From: Rhodothermales bacterium
GTDB taxonomy: Bacteria; Bacteroidota; Rhodothermia; Rhodothermales; Bin80
Length of the DNA: 64,000 nucleotides
NCBI GenBank assembly: GCA_965262785.1
Contig: OZ253559.1
Span: forward strand, 3,378,457-3,442,456
Direction of reading: 5' to 3'
Made by a program: the position numbers and the translations under genes. Positions 1 through 8,254 of this stretch are shown here, one piece after another; position 1 is the stretch's first letter, and each line of letters begins with the position of its first letter. Under the pieces are notes generated by a model. That model was not told where the DNA came from, did not search any database, and saw nothing but the letters and a program-made list of their open reading frames with translations.

Positions 1-1199
1 CGGTTACCAGCTCGCTTGCCCTGACACTCTTTTTGTTTGGCAGCGGGTGTGGTGCCGGCAGCCTTGATGCCAGCAAAGCTTGGTCCGGCACGATCGATAC
101 GCTTGCTTCCGGCGAGATCGAAGTCCGAAACACAGATGAGCCACTTTGGGCGCCTCAAAACGCATGGCAGGTGGTGGAGGAAATCAGGATCGGAAACGAC
201 ACAGGTGACGAGGCCCGAATCTTTGGAGACATCACCTCCTTTGATGTGGATGCGCAGGGACAAATCTATGTGCTCGATTTTCAGGCACAAGAGGTTAGCA
301 TTTTTGACTCGGACGGCTCCTTTGAACGCGCGGTGGGGAGCAGTGGAACCGGACCGGGGGAATTCGAGCAGGCCATCGCGGTTGACATCTCCCGGAATGG
401 AGAAATCTGGGTCATGGAGATGCTCAAGGGACGACTTTCCATATTCGACCCCGACGGCAAGTACCTGAGTTGGGAGCCTGTCGGCAACCCTGGCGTAGCC
501 CTGAGACCCTATTTGGGCGGGTTCGACGCAATGGGTCGCTACAACGCGATAATCTTTTCCTTTCATGAGTCCGGGGAAACGCAGGCCATGGGCCGGTTCG
601 ATCAGTCCCTTACTCCGCTTGATACAATCGCGATTCCCGAGACTACTAAGAATAGGGATGCCTTCAGACACGTTAGTGACGACGGGCGCATGTCGATTAG
701 CGCGACAATTCCATTTCAGGAATCCTTCGATTGGCGCCGCTCCCCAACGGGCAATCTATGGACGCTTTCTACCGGAGCGTATGAGCTTGCCGAGCTGACC
801 CCCAGCGGAGAGACGCTTCGAAGAGTCACCAGGGAGCATGAACCACTTCAGGTGACCGAAGAAGACCGGCAAGAGGCGAACGAGAGTTTCCGGCGCTTCA
901 TTAGTCGAGGCGGAACGGTCGATTGGTCCAGGATTCCCACTACCAAGCCGGCCACCGTGTCCTTCTTCTGTGACGACGAAGGCAATCTTTGGGTGATGCT
1001 TGAAGCAGCGATCCCCGGGGACGAAGGCCGTCTCTTCGACCTGTTTGACCCTGAAGGACGCTATCTGGGAGAAATACGGCTCCCATTCTCATTGCAGTCA
1101 GATCCCGAACCAATCGTACAAAATGGAATCCTCTATGGTATCACAACGGATGAGCTTGGTGCCCCGAATGTTGTGAGAGCGCGGATAGAAAAGCCTTAG
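1..1199 (+). CDS. 6-bladed beta-propeller (NHL-like) lipoprotein, 5'-partial at window edge
   Basis: ORF 33..1199 starts at TTG, but the same frame stays open back to nt 3 and reads ..SLALTLFLFGSGCG (signal-peptide core plus lipobox Cys). The true start therefore lies left of the window. Blade-like motifs are present, e.g. GTGPGEFEQAIAVDISRNGEIWVMEMLKGRLSIFDPDGKY. Paralog of 1589..2761 and 57510..58718. Confidence 0.75.
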   Translation, partial: VTSSLALTLFLFGSGCGAGSLDASKAWSGTIDTLASGEIEVRNTDEPLWAPQNAWQVVEEIRIGNDTGDEARIFGDITSFDVDAQGQIYVLDFQAQEVSIFDSDGSFERAVGSSGTGPGEFEQAIAVDISRNGEIWVMEMLKGRLSIFDPDGKYLSWEPVGNPGVALRPYLGGFDAMGRYNAIIFSFHESGETQAMGRFDQSLTPLDTIAIPETTKNRDAFRHVSDDGRMSISATIPFQESFDWRRSPTGNLWTLSTGAYELAELTPSGETLRRVTREHEPLQVTEEDRQEANESFRRFISRGGTVDWSRIPTTKPATVSFFCDDEGNLWVMLEAAIPGDEGRLFDLFDPEGRYLGEIRLPFSLQSDPEPIVQNGILYGITTDELGAPNVVRARIEKP

Positions 1200-1203
1200 C
1201 GGA

Positions 1204-1436
1204 CTAATTTGCTGCATTAGCAGCTAGGGTCGATTTGCCGGGTTCGGAGCAAGGCAGGCAAAGCATTCCTTCCAGATGGCGCGCCGCCTCCTGGAATTGT
1301 ACCTGCTTCCGGAACCGGATCTGGGGCGTACCGGTGACGGCCTTGAAGCGATACTGGAAGCCCGAGGCGCTCATTTCGACCTCTTCGACAAGCGTCTCGT
1401 GCGCGATCAACTGAGTGTATAGCTCGCATTCTGGCC
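1204..1436 (-). pseudogene. AraC/XylS-family HTH remnant (last ~60 aa only)
   Basis: ORF 1204..1410 plus its in-frame extension up to a stop near 1437 reads ..YTLSLIAHETLVEEVEMSASGFQYRFKAVTGTPQIRFRKQVQFQEAARHLE. This resembles the second helix-turn-helix of AraC regulators. No first HTH or ligand domain lies upstream. Confidence 0.45.
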
Positions 1437-1588
1437 TTAATTCAACAAGACCAGTCCAGCAAGAGCGCGCGTCCCATTATGGCCGCATCCCGAATGCAAT
1501 TCGAGGCCATTCGCTGCTGGCGAAGGCGCACAACCGCTAACCCGGCAGTCGTATTGGTTCTTCGACGCGGGCAGGCGGCCCCGGCATC

Positions 1589-2761
1589 CTATGTACCGAT
1601 ATCCCAAGCGACAGCGATTCGCGTCCCTGTTTCCTCGACGGTCACTGTCCCGAATGCGCGGCTACCCCGTACAGCCAGCAACCGCACACCCATTGGCACG
1701 TTCGCCTTCGCCACCACGACACCGGTGTTATCCAGGACCAGCCACGTAGTTGTCTGGCCGCTCTCTGGCCGGCTCAGTCTGATCCACAGGTGCCCAGCGT
1801 CATCTAGCAACAGGCCAGTGAACGCTGGCTTCATAGCCTGAATATTCTCAAAGATCTTCGTACGAAGGTCACTATCACGGAATCTTGCAGCTGTTCCTTC
1901 TCGCTCTGCCTGGGTAACGAAAATCGGCATGTGTGGCAAGGTGATTCTGTGCTGCTTGCCACCATTTAGCGGCACGCCGGTGATGTCAATGGCGTCGCCC
2001 ATGCCATAGTACAAAACCTGACCAGCACTCAGTGCAAAGTGTGGGCGGGCAGCATACGGCAAGACACGGATGCCAGCTCCGAATCCCATGTCGATGGGCA
2101 CGTACACTGGGACAGGGAGCTGCGCTAAGGTATCGATGGCTACAGTCCCATCCCAGTGCACAAGCTTGGCAAGGCGGGCCATCTTACTGGATTCCTCTGA
2201 GTCAGGAGGATAGAAGCTGGAAAACTCCATCAAGAGCCCGCGATTGGTTGCTCCCAGAAATGCAAGAGGCCGGAGCGCACGGTTTGCACTATTCACCACA
2301 GTAACGCTCGCGACCAAGGACTGGTCTTGCGGAGAGAAAGTGGTAAGTCGGAATGCCCTCCTATCCCATGCATACAAGGAGTCCCCTGGCCCAATGTGAA
2401 CACTTGGCGCCTCAGCGAACTCCCCGGCTCCCTCGCCCTCCCGACCGAATTCGCCAATCAGCACTCCATCACTGGAAAACATGCGGATGCCCTTGGATTC
2501 GCTGCCTGTGACGTAAAGTTGTCCCTTGGAATCGACCGCCATGGCCCTAACGAAACCCAAGGGCACGGAATCACCGGCCGCATCATCCCCAATGCGAAAC
2601 GTTTCGGAGAAGGTGAGTTCACTTGGTGGGGAATTTGCATCGGCGCCACCAAGGCGCTGGGCGTCCGCGCGCTGGCACGCCCCTACGGCAAGCACAACCG
2701 CTGTGAGGACAAATGCCGTCCAATTCTTCGCTTGCGAAAGACCTGTCATACCACCCCCCAT
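1589..2761 (-). CDS. 6-bladed beta-propeller (NHL-like) lipoprotein
   Basis: 390-aa ORF starting at ATG 2761 (alternative ATG 2749). N-terminus NWTAFVLTAVVLAVGAC is a lipoprotein signal. Motifs: GREGEGAGEFAEAPSVHIGPGDSLYAWD and DSKGQLYVTGSESKGIRMFSSDGVLIGEFG. Paralog of ORF 1..1199. Confidence 0.8.
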   Translation of the reverse strand: MGGGMTGLSQAKNWTAFVLTAVVLAVGACQRADAQRLGGADANSPPSELTFSETFRIGDDAAGDSVPLGFVRAMAVDSKGQLYVTGSESKGIRMFSSDGVLIGEFGREGEGAGEFAEAPSVHIGPGDSLYAWDRRAFRLTTFSPQDQSLVASVTVVNSANRALRPLAFLGATNRGLLMEFSSFYPPDSEESSKMARLAKLVHWDGTVAIDTLAQLPVPVYVPIDMGFGAGIRVLPYAARPHFALSAGQVLYYGMGDAIDITGVPLNGGKQHRITLPHMPIFVTQAEREGTAARFRDSDLRTKIFENIQAMKPAFTGLLLDDAGHLWIRLSRPESGQTTTWLVLDNTGVVVAKANVPMGVRLLAVRGSRAFGTVTVEETGTRIAVAWDIGT

Positions 2762-3118
2762 TTGAAAACCTTGTCTGGATACCAGTACCGCTTTCTATTG
2801 TTGCTGCTTTCCAGCAGCGAGTGCTTCATAAATCAAATTCGCCCCTCCAAGGAGACCCGCAAGTGCGACAAAAGTCGCTTCTGCAACCCAACCAGTTCAA
2901 TTTGGAAATCCAACGCTGCCCGAAGGGGCAAACGCAGTCGTTTGCTGCCATTAAGATCCGGCAGCCATGCGCGAACAGCCCTTGCGCAGCTGCATCCAAG
3001 GTTCAAGAGCATATCCTCGGACATCGCGAGGCACCCTCGTGCGGCATCTCATGGCAGGCGCGAACCCTACTACCAGTCCCGAATCAAGACCCTGCCGAGT
3101 CCCCGCTATTCCTTCTGC

Positions 3119-3910
3119 TCAAGCGTCCGGCCCTGCAACATCCTTAGACGGATTACGCCCTATCATCGGGTACTGCTCGAGGTCCACTACAGCCCCGCTG
3201 ACGGGCCGAGATGCATCGCTTAGCCAGTATATTGCCGCAGCAGCTATCGTTTCCGGGCCGATAAGGCCGCCGGAGGGCGCAACCGTACGCGGAAGGCGCC
3301 CAGGCCAATCCGGTGGCAAGCCATCGGCCACCTTGAGCTGGAACTCGTTGTCCGTAAGTACCCAACCCGGGTTTATCTGGTTGACCCGAATCCCGTAGTA
3401 GTGATGCAGTCCATCGCCCAGATTGCGTGACATGGTCATCAGTGCACCCTTGGAGATGCTGTAGGCCAACAGCGGGACCTCGCCACAGTAGGCATTGACC
3501 GATCCGATGTTGAGAACGCTCCCGTGCGTTTGCTTCAAATGCGGGAGTGCCGCCTGGATCAGCATGAGCGGCGCCCGTACGTTGACCGCCATCACATTGT
3601 CAAATAGCGCCGTATCCGTGGAGTGTATGTCCGACCGCGGAATGAAAGCCGCGTTGTTTACCACACCATGAATCTCTCCAAAGGCGGATATGGCCGACTG
3701 CACTATTCGACCGGCTGCGCCTGGATCCTGCAAGTCATCAATGTGAACTGTCGACGCTTCGCCGATCATAGCTGCCGTCTCCCGGGCTCCTTCCTCATTC
3801 CTGTCGGTGATCACTACACGAGCGCCCTCGCGCGCGCACTGAATAGCGATGGCGCGCCCTATTCCACCTGCGCTGCCGGTTACTATGTTGACTTTGCCTA
3901 CTAGCTGCAT
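3119..3910 (-). CDS. short-chain dehydrogenase/reductase (SDR) family oxidoreductase
   Basis: ATG at 3910. Cofactor motif VTGSAGGIGRAIA (TGxxxGIG), NNAA, and the catalytic YSISKGAL (YxxxK). Confidence 0.9.
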   Translation of the reverse strand: MQLVGKVNIVTGSAGGIGRAIAIQCAREGARVVITDRNEEGARETAAMIGEASTVHIDDLQDPGAAGRIVQSAISAFGEIHGVVNNAAFIPRSDIHSTDTALFDNVMAVNVRAPLMLIQAALPHLKQTHGSVLNIGSVNAYCGEVPLLAYSISKGALMTMSRNLGDGLHHYYGIRVNQINPGWVLTDNEFQLKVADGLPPDWPGRLPRTVAPSGGLIGPETIAAAAIYWLSDASRPVSGAVVDLEQYPMIGRNPSKDVAGPDA

Positions 3911-4920
3911 GGCTTTAGCACTGCTTTAACGATTTTGCCTTGGTGCATGACATCGAAGGCTGCTTGCCACTCCTCAAGTGGCCAGACGCCACCGATGAGC
4001 GGATCAAGGTTTAGGCGCCCCGCTGCCATTAGGGCAAGCACGGATTCCCAAACCGGGAAGTTGTGGCTAAAGGTACCGCGCAGCGTGATGCCCTTCTGGA
4101 CCAACGGATCGAGAGAATAGCCGAATGGCTCTGGCCCCCACCCCACCTTTGTGATCCAGCCACCAGGCATGACCAGTTGCATAGCGGTAAAAAGCGCCCG
4201 CGAAACCCCCGTCGCGTCAATAACACCACTTACCCCCAACGGTCCACCCACATCTTCCGGCACCGTGTCAAACGTGGCCATGCCGTACTGCCGGGCTACG
4301 CGCAGCCTTTCCTGATCCTGGGGCTGCCCGATAATAGTCACCGTAGCGCCTTGAAGCTGAGCCATCATGCCGCAGAGCAAGCCAATAGGTCCAGGACCCA
4401 GAACTACCACGTGGTCGCCCGGGCGCACGCTGGCATGGTGTACTACGGCGTTATACGCCACGCTACACGGCTCCGCCAATGCCGCATGCAGGAATGACAC
4501 GCCCTGCGGAAGGCGGTGCAAACACCGGGCGGGCGTGCGCACAAAGCGCGTCATTGCACCGTCAACGCCATACCCGAACCCTTTCCGGGCGGGGTCAAGA
4601 TTATAAAGCCCTTGCCGCGTTAGCGGCGAAAGGGGGTCTACCATGGCCGCAGTTTCACTGACCACGCGGTCTCCCATGCGAAAGCCCTGTGCGCGCGCCC
4701 CTATTCTCGCGACAGTGCCAGCAAATTCGTGCCCCAGAATTACCGGATACTCGACAGGCCAGCCATGCGTACCCTGCCACTGGTGAACATCAGAGCCGCA
4801 CACGGAAACTGCCGCGACCTCCAGGAGCACTTCTTCCGCTGCGATGTCGGGTATGCCAACTGCCCGTAACTCCACGCTCAGTGGCTCGCTGGAGTAGTTG
4901 ACGACCACGGGCTCTTTCAT
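3901..4920 (-). CDS. zinc-dependent alcohol/polyol dehydrogenase (MDR family, sorbitol/threonine dehydrogenase-like)
   Basis: ORF 3901..4938 begins at TTG. The ATG at 4920 gives MKEPVVVNY.. and is the likelier start. Motifs: VCGSDVH, GHEFAG, and the Rossmann segment VVVLGPGPIGLL. It overlaps the SDR start by 10 nt. Confidence 0.9.
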   Translation of the reverse strand: MKEPVVVNYSSEPLSVELRAVGIPDIAAEEVLLEVAAVSVCGSDVHQWQGTHGWPVEYPVILGHEFAGTVARIGARAQGFRMGDRVVSETAAMVDPLSPLTRQGLYNLDPARKGFGYGVDGAMTRFVRTPARCLHRLPQGVSFLHAALAEPCSVAYNAVVHHASVRPGDHVVVLGPGPIGLLCGMMAQLQGATVTIIGQPQDQERLRVARQYGMATFDTVPEDVGGPLGVSGVIDATGVSRALFTAMQLVMPGGWITKVGWGPEPFGYSLDPLVQKGITLRGTFSHNFPVWESVLALMAAGRLNLDPLIGGVWPLEEWQAAFDVMHQGKIVKAVLKPCS

Positions 4921-5402
4921 TGGCTTACAAGAATCCAAAGCAAATTACGCATCGTCCCACAAACCCAAGTTATTCGCATTCGCTTGCAAAGCATAGCCAA
5001 TACGGAGTATGAGGTTCTGCCGGTATTTCCACCATCCAACCCGTCACGCGACGCCGCATAGGTGAGTGCCCGGAGGCACCGCCCTTCCCGTAAGTCCGGC
5101 ACGGCGGTGCCCAATCCACAGAAAATGGCGCTTTTCGCCCCGACCTGCACCATGCGCGAGCGATGGAAGCCTCGCCTACGCGGGGCGCTGACCATGCCTG
5201 CAAAGGCACCCATCAGGTGAATCGATGGCGTAGCGAAATACTCTTTGCCCTTCCCTACAACAAATCGGGTCAGGTAAACCTGCATGGTCACCATGGATGT
5301 GAATCCGCTGATTTCTGCAGCACGGGCTCCCGAATTGATGATTGGCTGGCCATGACTCCGGCTCGGGCCACCATGCAAGTATGCCTCAACCATCGGAAAC
5401 AT
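4917..5402 (-). CDS. hypothetical protein (weak call)
   Basis: 161-aa ORF, the longest in the 4.94-5.41 kb gap. Its TGA overlaps the ADH ATG as ATGA (4917..4920), which suggests coupling. The C-terminal third (..MLCKRMRITWVCGTMRNLLWILVSQ) looks un-protein-like and I recognise no family. The IS at 5413 sits 10 nt upstream of its ATG. Confidence 0.3.
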   Translation of the reverse strand: MFPMVEAYLHGGPSRSHGQPIINSGARAAEISGFTSMVTMQVYLTRFVVGKGKEYFATPSIHLMGAFAGMVSAPRRRGFHRSRMVQVGAKSAIFCGLGTAVPDLREGRCLRALTYAASRDGLDGGNTGRTSYSVLAMLCKRMRITWVCGTMRNLLWILVSQ

Positions 5403-5412
5403 CTCCCTAGCC

Positions 5413-5430
5413 CTGCCGTTTACCCAAGTT
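5413..5430. repeat. IS4-like terminal inverted repeat (left)
   Basis: CTGCCGTTTACCCAAGTT. It is the exact reverse complement of 8020..8037. Confidence 0.9.
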
Positions 5431-5695
5431 ACCTGGCAGACTTACGCATTTGAGGGTATCAGAAGCATGTCCAGTCGTTGCCGAGCGACACGGGGTGTGT
5501 CCATGTGGCACAGGGGTCTTGGCTGTGGACTCAAGGCTTGGTCGTGCAGGGACGCTTCGTTCAGCTCAACGCGGTCTACGCCTGCTTTGCGGGCGGAGGC
5601 CTTGCTTACCGTGGACATACAGCCCCGGCAGGGTATAGGGATCCTGCCTTGTGACAGGATCACAGTCCACGGGTTATCGCAGCGCAGTGCCGCCC

Positions 5696-7978
5696 TTACT
5701 CAGCGTCACGGACCTCGTATCCCAGCTCGTATCCCAGTGTGGCCAGCGCCAATCGTTCCAGCCCGCGCCACATGATCTGGTGACCGGGCGGCCCGTCGCG
5801 AGTGCGATTCTGGTACCCCCCGAGTACCGCCAGCAGCAGGATGGCCTCTTGCAGCGTGCCGGGCCGAGGCAGCTTCACACGGCTGGCATAGCTCGTCAAA
5901 AAACGAAGCTCCAACTCCGTGAAGAAGACCTCCGAGTCCAACTCTGGCACGGTTCGCCCCAATAGCGTCAGCACCATCAGGCGCCAGGCAATAACGCAGT
6001 AGATCGCGATCGCCCGCTCCAGACGCAGCGCCGTGCGCAGCGCCAGACGCTCCACCTTGCAGCCGCTCTTAAGCACCCGGAAGAAGTCCTCAACGCGCCA
6101 CCGCTTCACGTAGTGGTCCAGCACCTGCAGGGCCTCCTCCAGCGTGTGCACCGCCACACTGGTAAGCAGATACCATTCTATGGCCTCTTCGCCTTCCGGC
6201 GGGGCCTGCTCCCGGATGTGAACCCCGTACATCGTCACCGGATCTGCCTCCTGGGTCGTGGCCGGCAGCGTCACCCGGTGGAACCGCACCTCGGCGTCCG
6301 CTATGCGATAGCTGCGCCCGGGGCGTGCGGGCTTGCCCCGTGACTTCGGGCGTGCGGTGACTTTCTTGATCTCGATCCGCACGCTGCCGGCCGCCGGGCC
6401 GCCCGCGAGGGTCTCAAACAGCTTCCTGCCGTTGGCCAGCCGGCGATCTATCCGCGCCCTGACCAGCATCTCCACGCGGCCCTGACGACGCTGGGCGTCA
6501 AAGAGCGCAAAACTGTCGCCCTCCCGGTCCATAACGCAGATCACGCGAATCTTGCGGGAGATCTGATCGGCCGCCGCACAGATGTCCAGGTAGGCGTCCA
6601 GCCATCGTTGGGCCTTCGGCTTCAGGGGACCGTGCGAAGGATCCCGGTAGCTGCAGCGCAACACGCCCAGCGGCAGACCATCGGAGGTGGTCGCCAGCGT
6701 CGCATGTACATGCATCCCACGCGTTTGCGCCGTGGTCTGGTTGCGGCCGGTGACCTGCAGATCCGTGCAGGCCGGACGCGTGGCATAGCGCAGCCGGCTG
6801 CCATCCTGGATGCAGAGCACCACCTTCTGGCTGCGCATGCGCTCGATCGTGCGCGCACGATGCGGCGCCAATATGTTTTCCGGAGTGACCTTGGACGCCG
6901 GGTCGCTCTCCAGCAACCGGTAATGCGCCTTGACCGCCGCACGATCGTAGTCCGTATTGCCCGTAATGGACTGGCCCATCACCGAAGCCAGCATCGACGC
7001 ACTCCGTACCAGGCGCGTGGAGCGCAGCCGATTGCCCAGTGGAGCGTCCCCGAACTCGGCTTCCGCCCATTGGTCACGGTCCAACGCCTCGTGGGGTGCT
7101 CTCACAGGATGGAGCTCCACCGCCGGCACGCCGAGTGCCTGGCGCCACCCGCGGTCCAGTTCGTACACATACAGCGCCTTGGGCGGCTCGGGTTCATCGT
7201 CGGACTGTCGTTTGCCGCCGGCAGTATAACCAATGTGCAGAAAGTTTGCCGCCTGGAAGCATGTACCCTTCCAGTTCGGATCCACATAGGTCTCCACCAC
7301 CCAAGGGCGGTACCTGTAACGCTCTTCAAAATCATCGGGCAGCTGCCTGAGCGCAAGGCCCAGGACATGGCTCGCCAGGTGCGTGCAGGGTCCCCGGATC
7401 AAAAAGCGGCTCAAACACACCACATGATGCAGGTGGGCCTGGCGCTGCGCATCGCTCCAGGCCATCCATCGCTCCCGTGCGGCCAGACGCAGGGCCGAGG
7501 CCGAAAAGCCCAGCACGCCCAGATAGCCCTGCGCGCTATGCACCAGGTAGCGCACCTGCGCGCCGAAGAACGTCGTCGTGCCCCGCGGATGTTCCTGGTC
7601 CAATAGGGTGTTCCATACGGCGCGCTGGTCGTCGTCCGTGACCACGATCAGCGACAGGTCATCCACTTCGCGGACGGAGCGAGGAAGGGCACTCGGCATG
7701 GGCACGCCCTCCTTCAGCAGCCGGGGGGACGCGCCGGCAGCGTGGTCGTTCATCGGCGCCGGCAGTGCTATACAGCCGCGGTCGGACAGCTTCGAGAGCG
7801 CCTTGGCGCAACTGGCTACTTGCGACTGCCCGCGTGCGTCGAAAAAATCGAATGCCGCACACACACGCCGGGCGATGGCGGCACGGTTCTTCAGACCCTC
7901 ATCAGCCAAGATGCCGTCCAGACGCGCCTGGGATTGCGCCTCGCTCAGCGTACGAAGAATCTGGTTCTGCTGGAACAT
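5696..7978 (-). CDS. IS4/Tn5-family DDE transposase with N-terminal DUF4338 (DruA-like) domain
   Basis: 760 aa. Residues ~300-760 align by eye with Tn5 Tnp: ..GDAPLGNRLRSTRLVRSASMLA.., ..CIQDGSRLRY.., ..YVKRWRVEDFFRVLKSGCKVERL... The first ~290 aa carry DUF4338 hallmarks: ..VRYLV.., ..LSRFLI.., ..HLASHVLGLALRQLPDDFEERYRYRPWVVETYVDPNWKGTCFQAANFLHIGYTAGGKR. Confidence 0.9.
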   Translation of the reverse strand: MFQQNQILRTLSEAQSQARLDGILADEGLKNRAAIARRVCAAFDFFDARGQSQVASCAKALSKLSDRGCIALPAPMNDHAAGASPRLLKEGVPMPSALPRSVREVDDLSLIVVTDDDQRAVWNTLLDQEHPRGTTTFFGAQVRYLVHSAQGYLGVLGFSASALRLAARERWMAWSDAQRQAHLHHVVCLSRFLIRGPCTHLASHVLGLALRQLPDDFEERYRYRPWVVETYVDPNWKGTCFQAANFLHIGYTAGGKRQSDDEPEPPKALYVYELDRGWRQALGVPAVELHPVRAPHEALDRDQWAEAEFGDAPLGNRLRSTRLVRSASMLASVMGQSITGNTDYDRAAVKAHYRLLESDPASKVTPENILAPHRARTIERMRSQKVVLCIQDGSRLRYATRPACTDLQVTGRNQTTAQTRGMHVHATLATTSDGLPLGVLRCSYRDPSHGPLKPKAQRWLDAYLDICAAADQISRKIRVICVMDREGDSFALFDAQRRQGRVEMLVRARIDRRLANGRKLFETLAGGPAAGSVRIEIKKVTARPKSRGKPARPGRSYRIADAEVRFHRVTLPATTQEADPVTMYGVHIREQAPPEGEEAIEWYLLTSVAVHTLEEALQVLDHYVKRWRVEDFFRVLKSGCKVERLALRTALRLERAIAIYCVIAWRLMVLTLLGRTVPELDSEVFFTELELRFLTSYASRVKLPRPGTLQEAILLLAVLGGYQNRTRDGPPGHQIMWRGLERLALATLGYELGYEVRDAE

Positions 7979-8019
7979 GCCGCCAATCTATGCGGCATAA
8001 ATCAGAATGTCAAGGGGAA

Positions 8020-8037
8020 AACTTGGGTAAACGGCAG
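8020..8037. repeat. IS4-like terminal inverted repeat (right)
   Basis: AACTTGGGTAAACGGCAG. It is the exact reverse complement of 5413..5430. Confidence 0.9.
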
Positions 8038-8254
8038 CCCTAGCCGTAAGTCTCTGCTTACGCATGGGCCGCAATTGAGTCCTTTGGAAAGGACCACATG
8101 GCCTGCCTTGCCAACCCCTCCACACGAGATGTTACTCACTGGGTGCTAACGTGACGGGAGTCTACATGAATAATCGTATTTTCGGAACTGCACGTTCGCG
8201 GTATCGGTCTGCATCTCTACTGCTGACTGTCACCATCAGGGTAGGCAAGCCACG

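Larger units (their letters stand above)
5413..8037 (-). mobile_element. IS4-family (Tn5/IS50-like) insertion sequence, 2625 bp, apparently intact
   Basis: Perfect 18-bp terminal inverted repeats: CTGCCGTTTACCCAAGTT at 5413..5430 and its reverse complement at 8020..8037. They share the CTG... start and ...CAAGT end of the Tn5 outside end. Flanked by an 8-bp direct repeat CCCTAGCC (5405..5412 and 8038..8045). One transposase ORF inside. Confidence 0.9.

Noticed and set aside
2762-3118. 357-bp AT-richer gap between the beta-propeller and SDR genes, with ORFs 2713..3147 (+) and 2833..3024 (-).
   Set aside because: The translations are not protein-like and lack motifs. Most likely this is intergenic promoter/terminator space.
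5163-5453. 96-aa plus-strand ORF and 4970..5209 minus-strand ORF, as alternatives to ORF 4917..5402.
   Set aside because: Both are shorter, and the plus-strand one runs into the IS inverted repeat. Neither has motifs. The 161-aa ORF is retained only as a weak call because of its ATGA coupling to the ADH.
6608-7606. 332-aa plus-strand ORF inside the IS4-like transposase gene, plus similar long antisense ORFs: 43498..44718 (406 aa, antisense to the sulfatase), 33732..34637, 2327..3223, 25459..26160, 27373..28080, 32652..33275, 37307..37912, 40807..41409.
   Set aside because: All lie antisense or out of frame within well-supported genes of a high-GC genome. Their translations are Arg/Pro/Ala/Gly-rich, low-complexity and without motifs. 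These are typical shadow ORFs.
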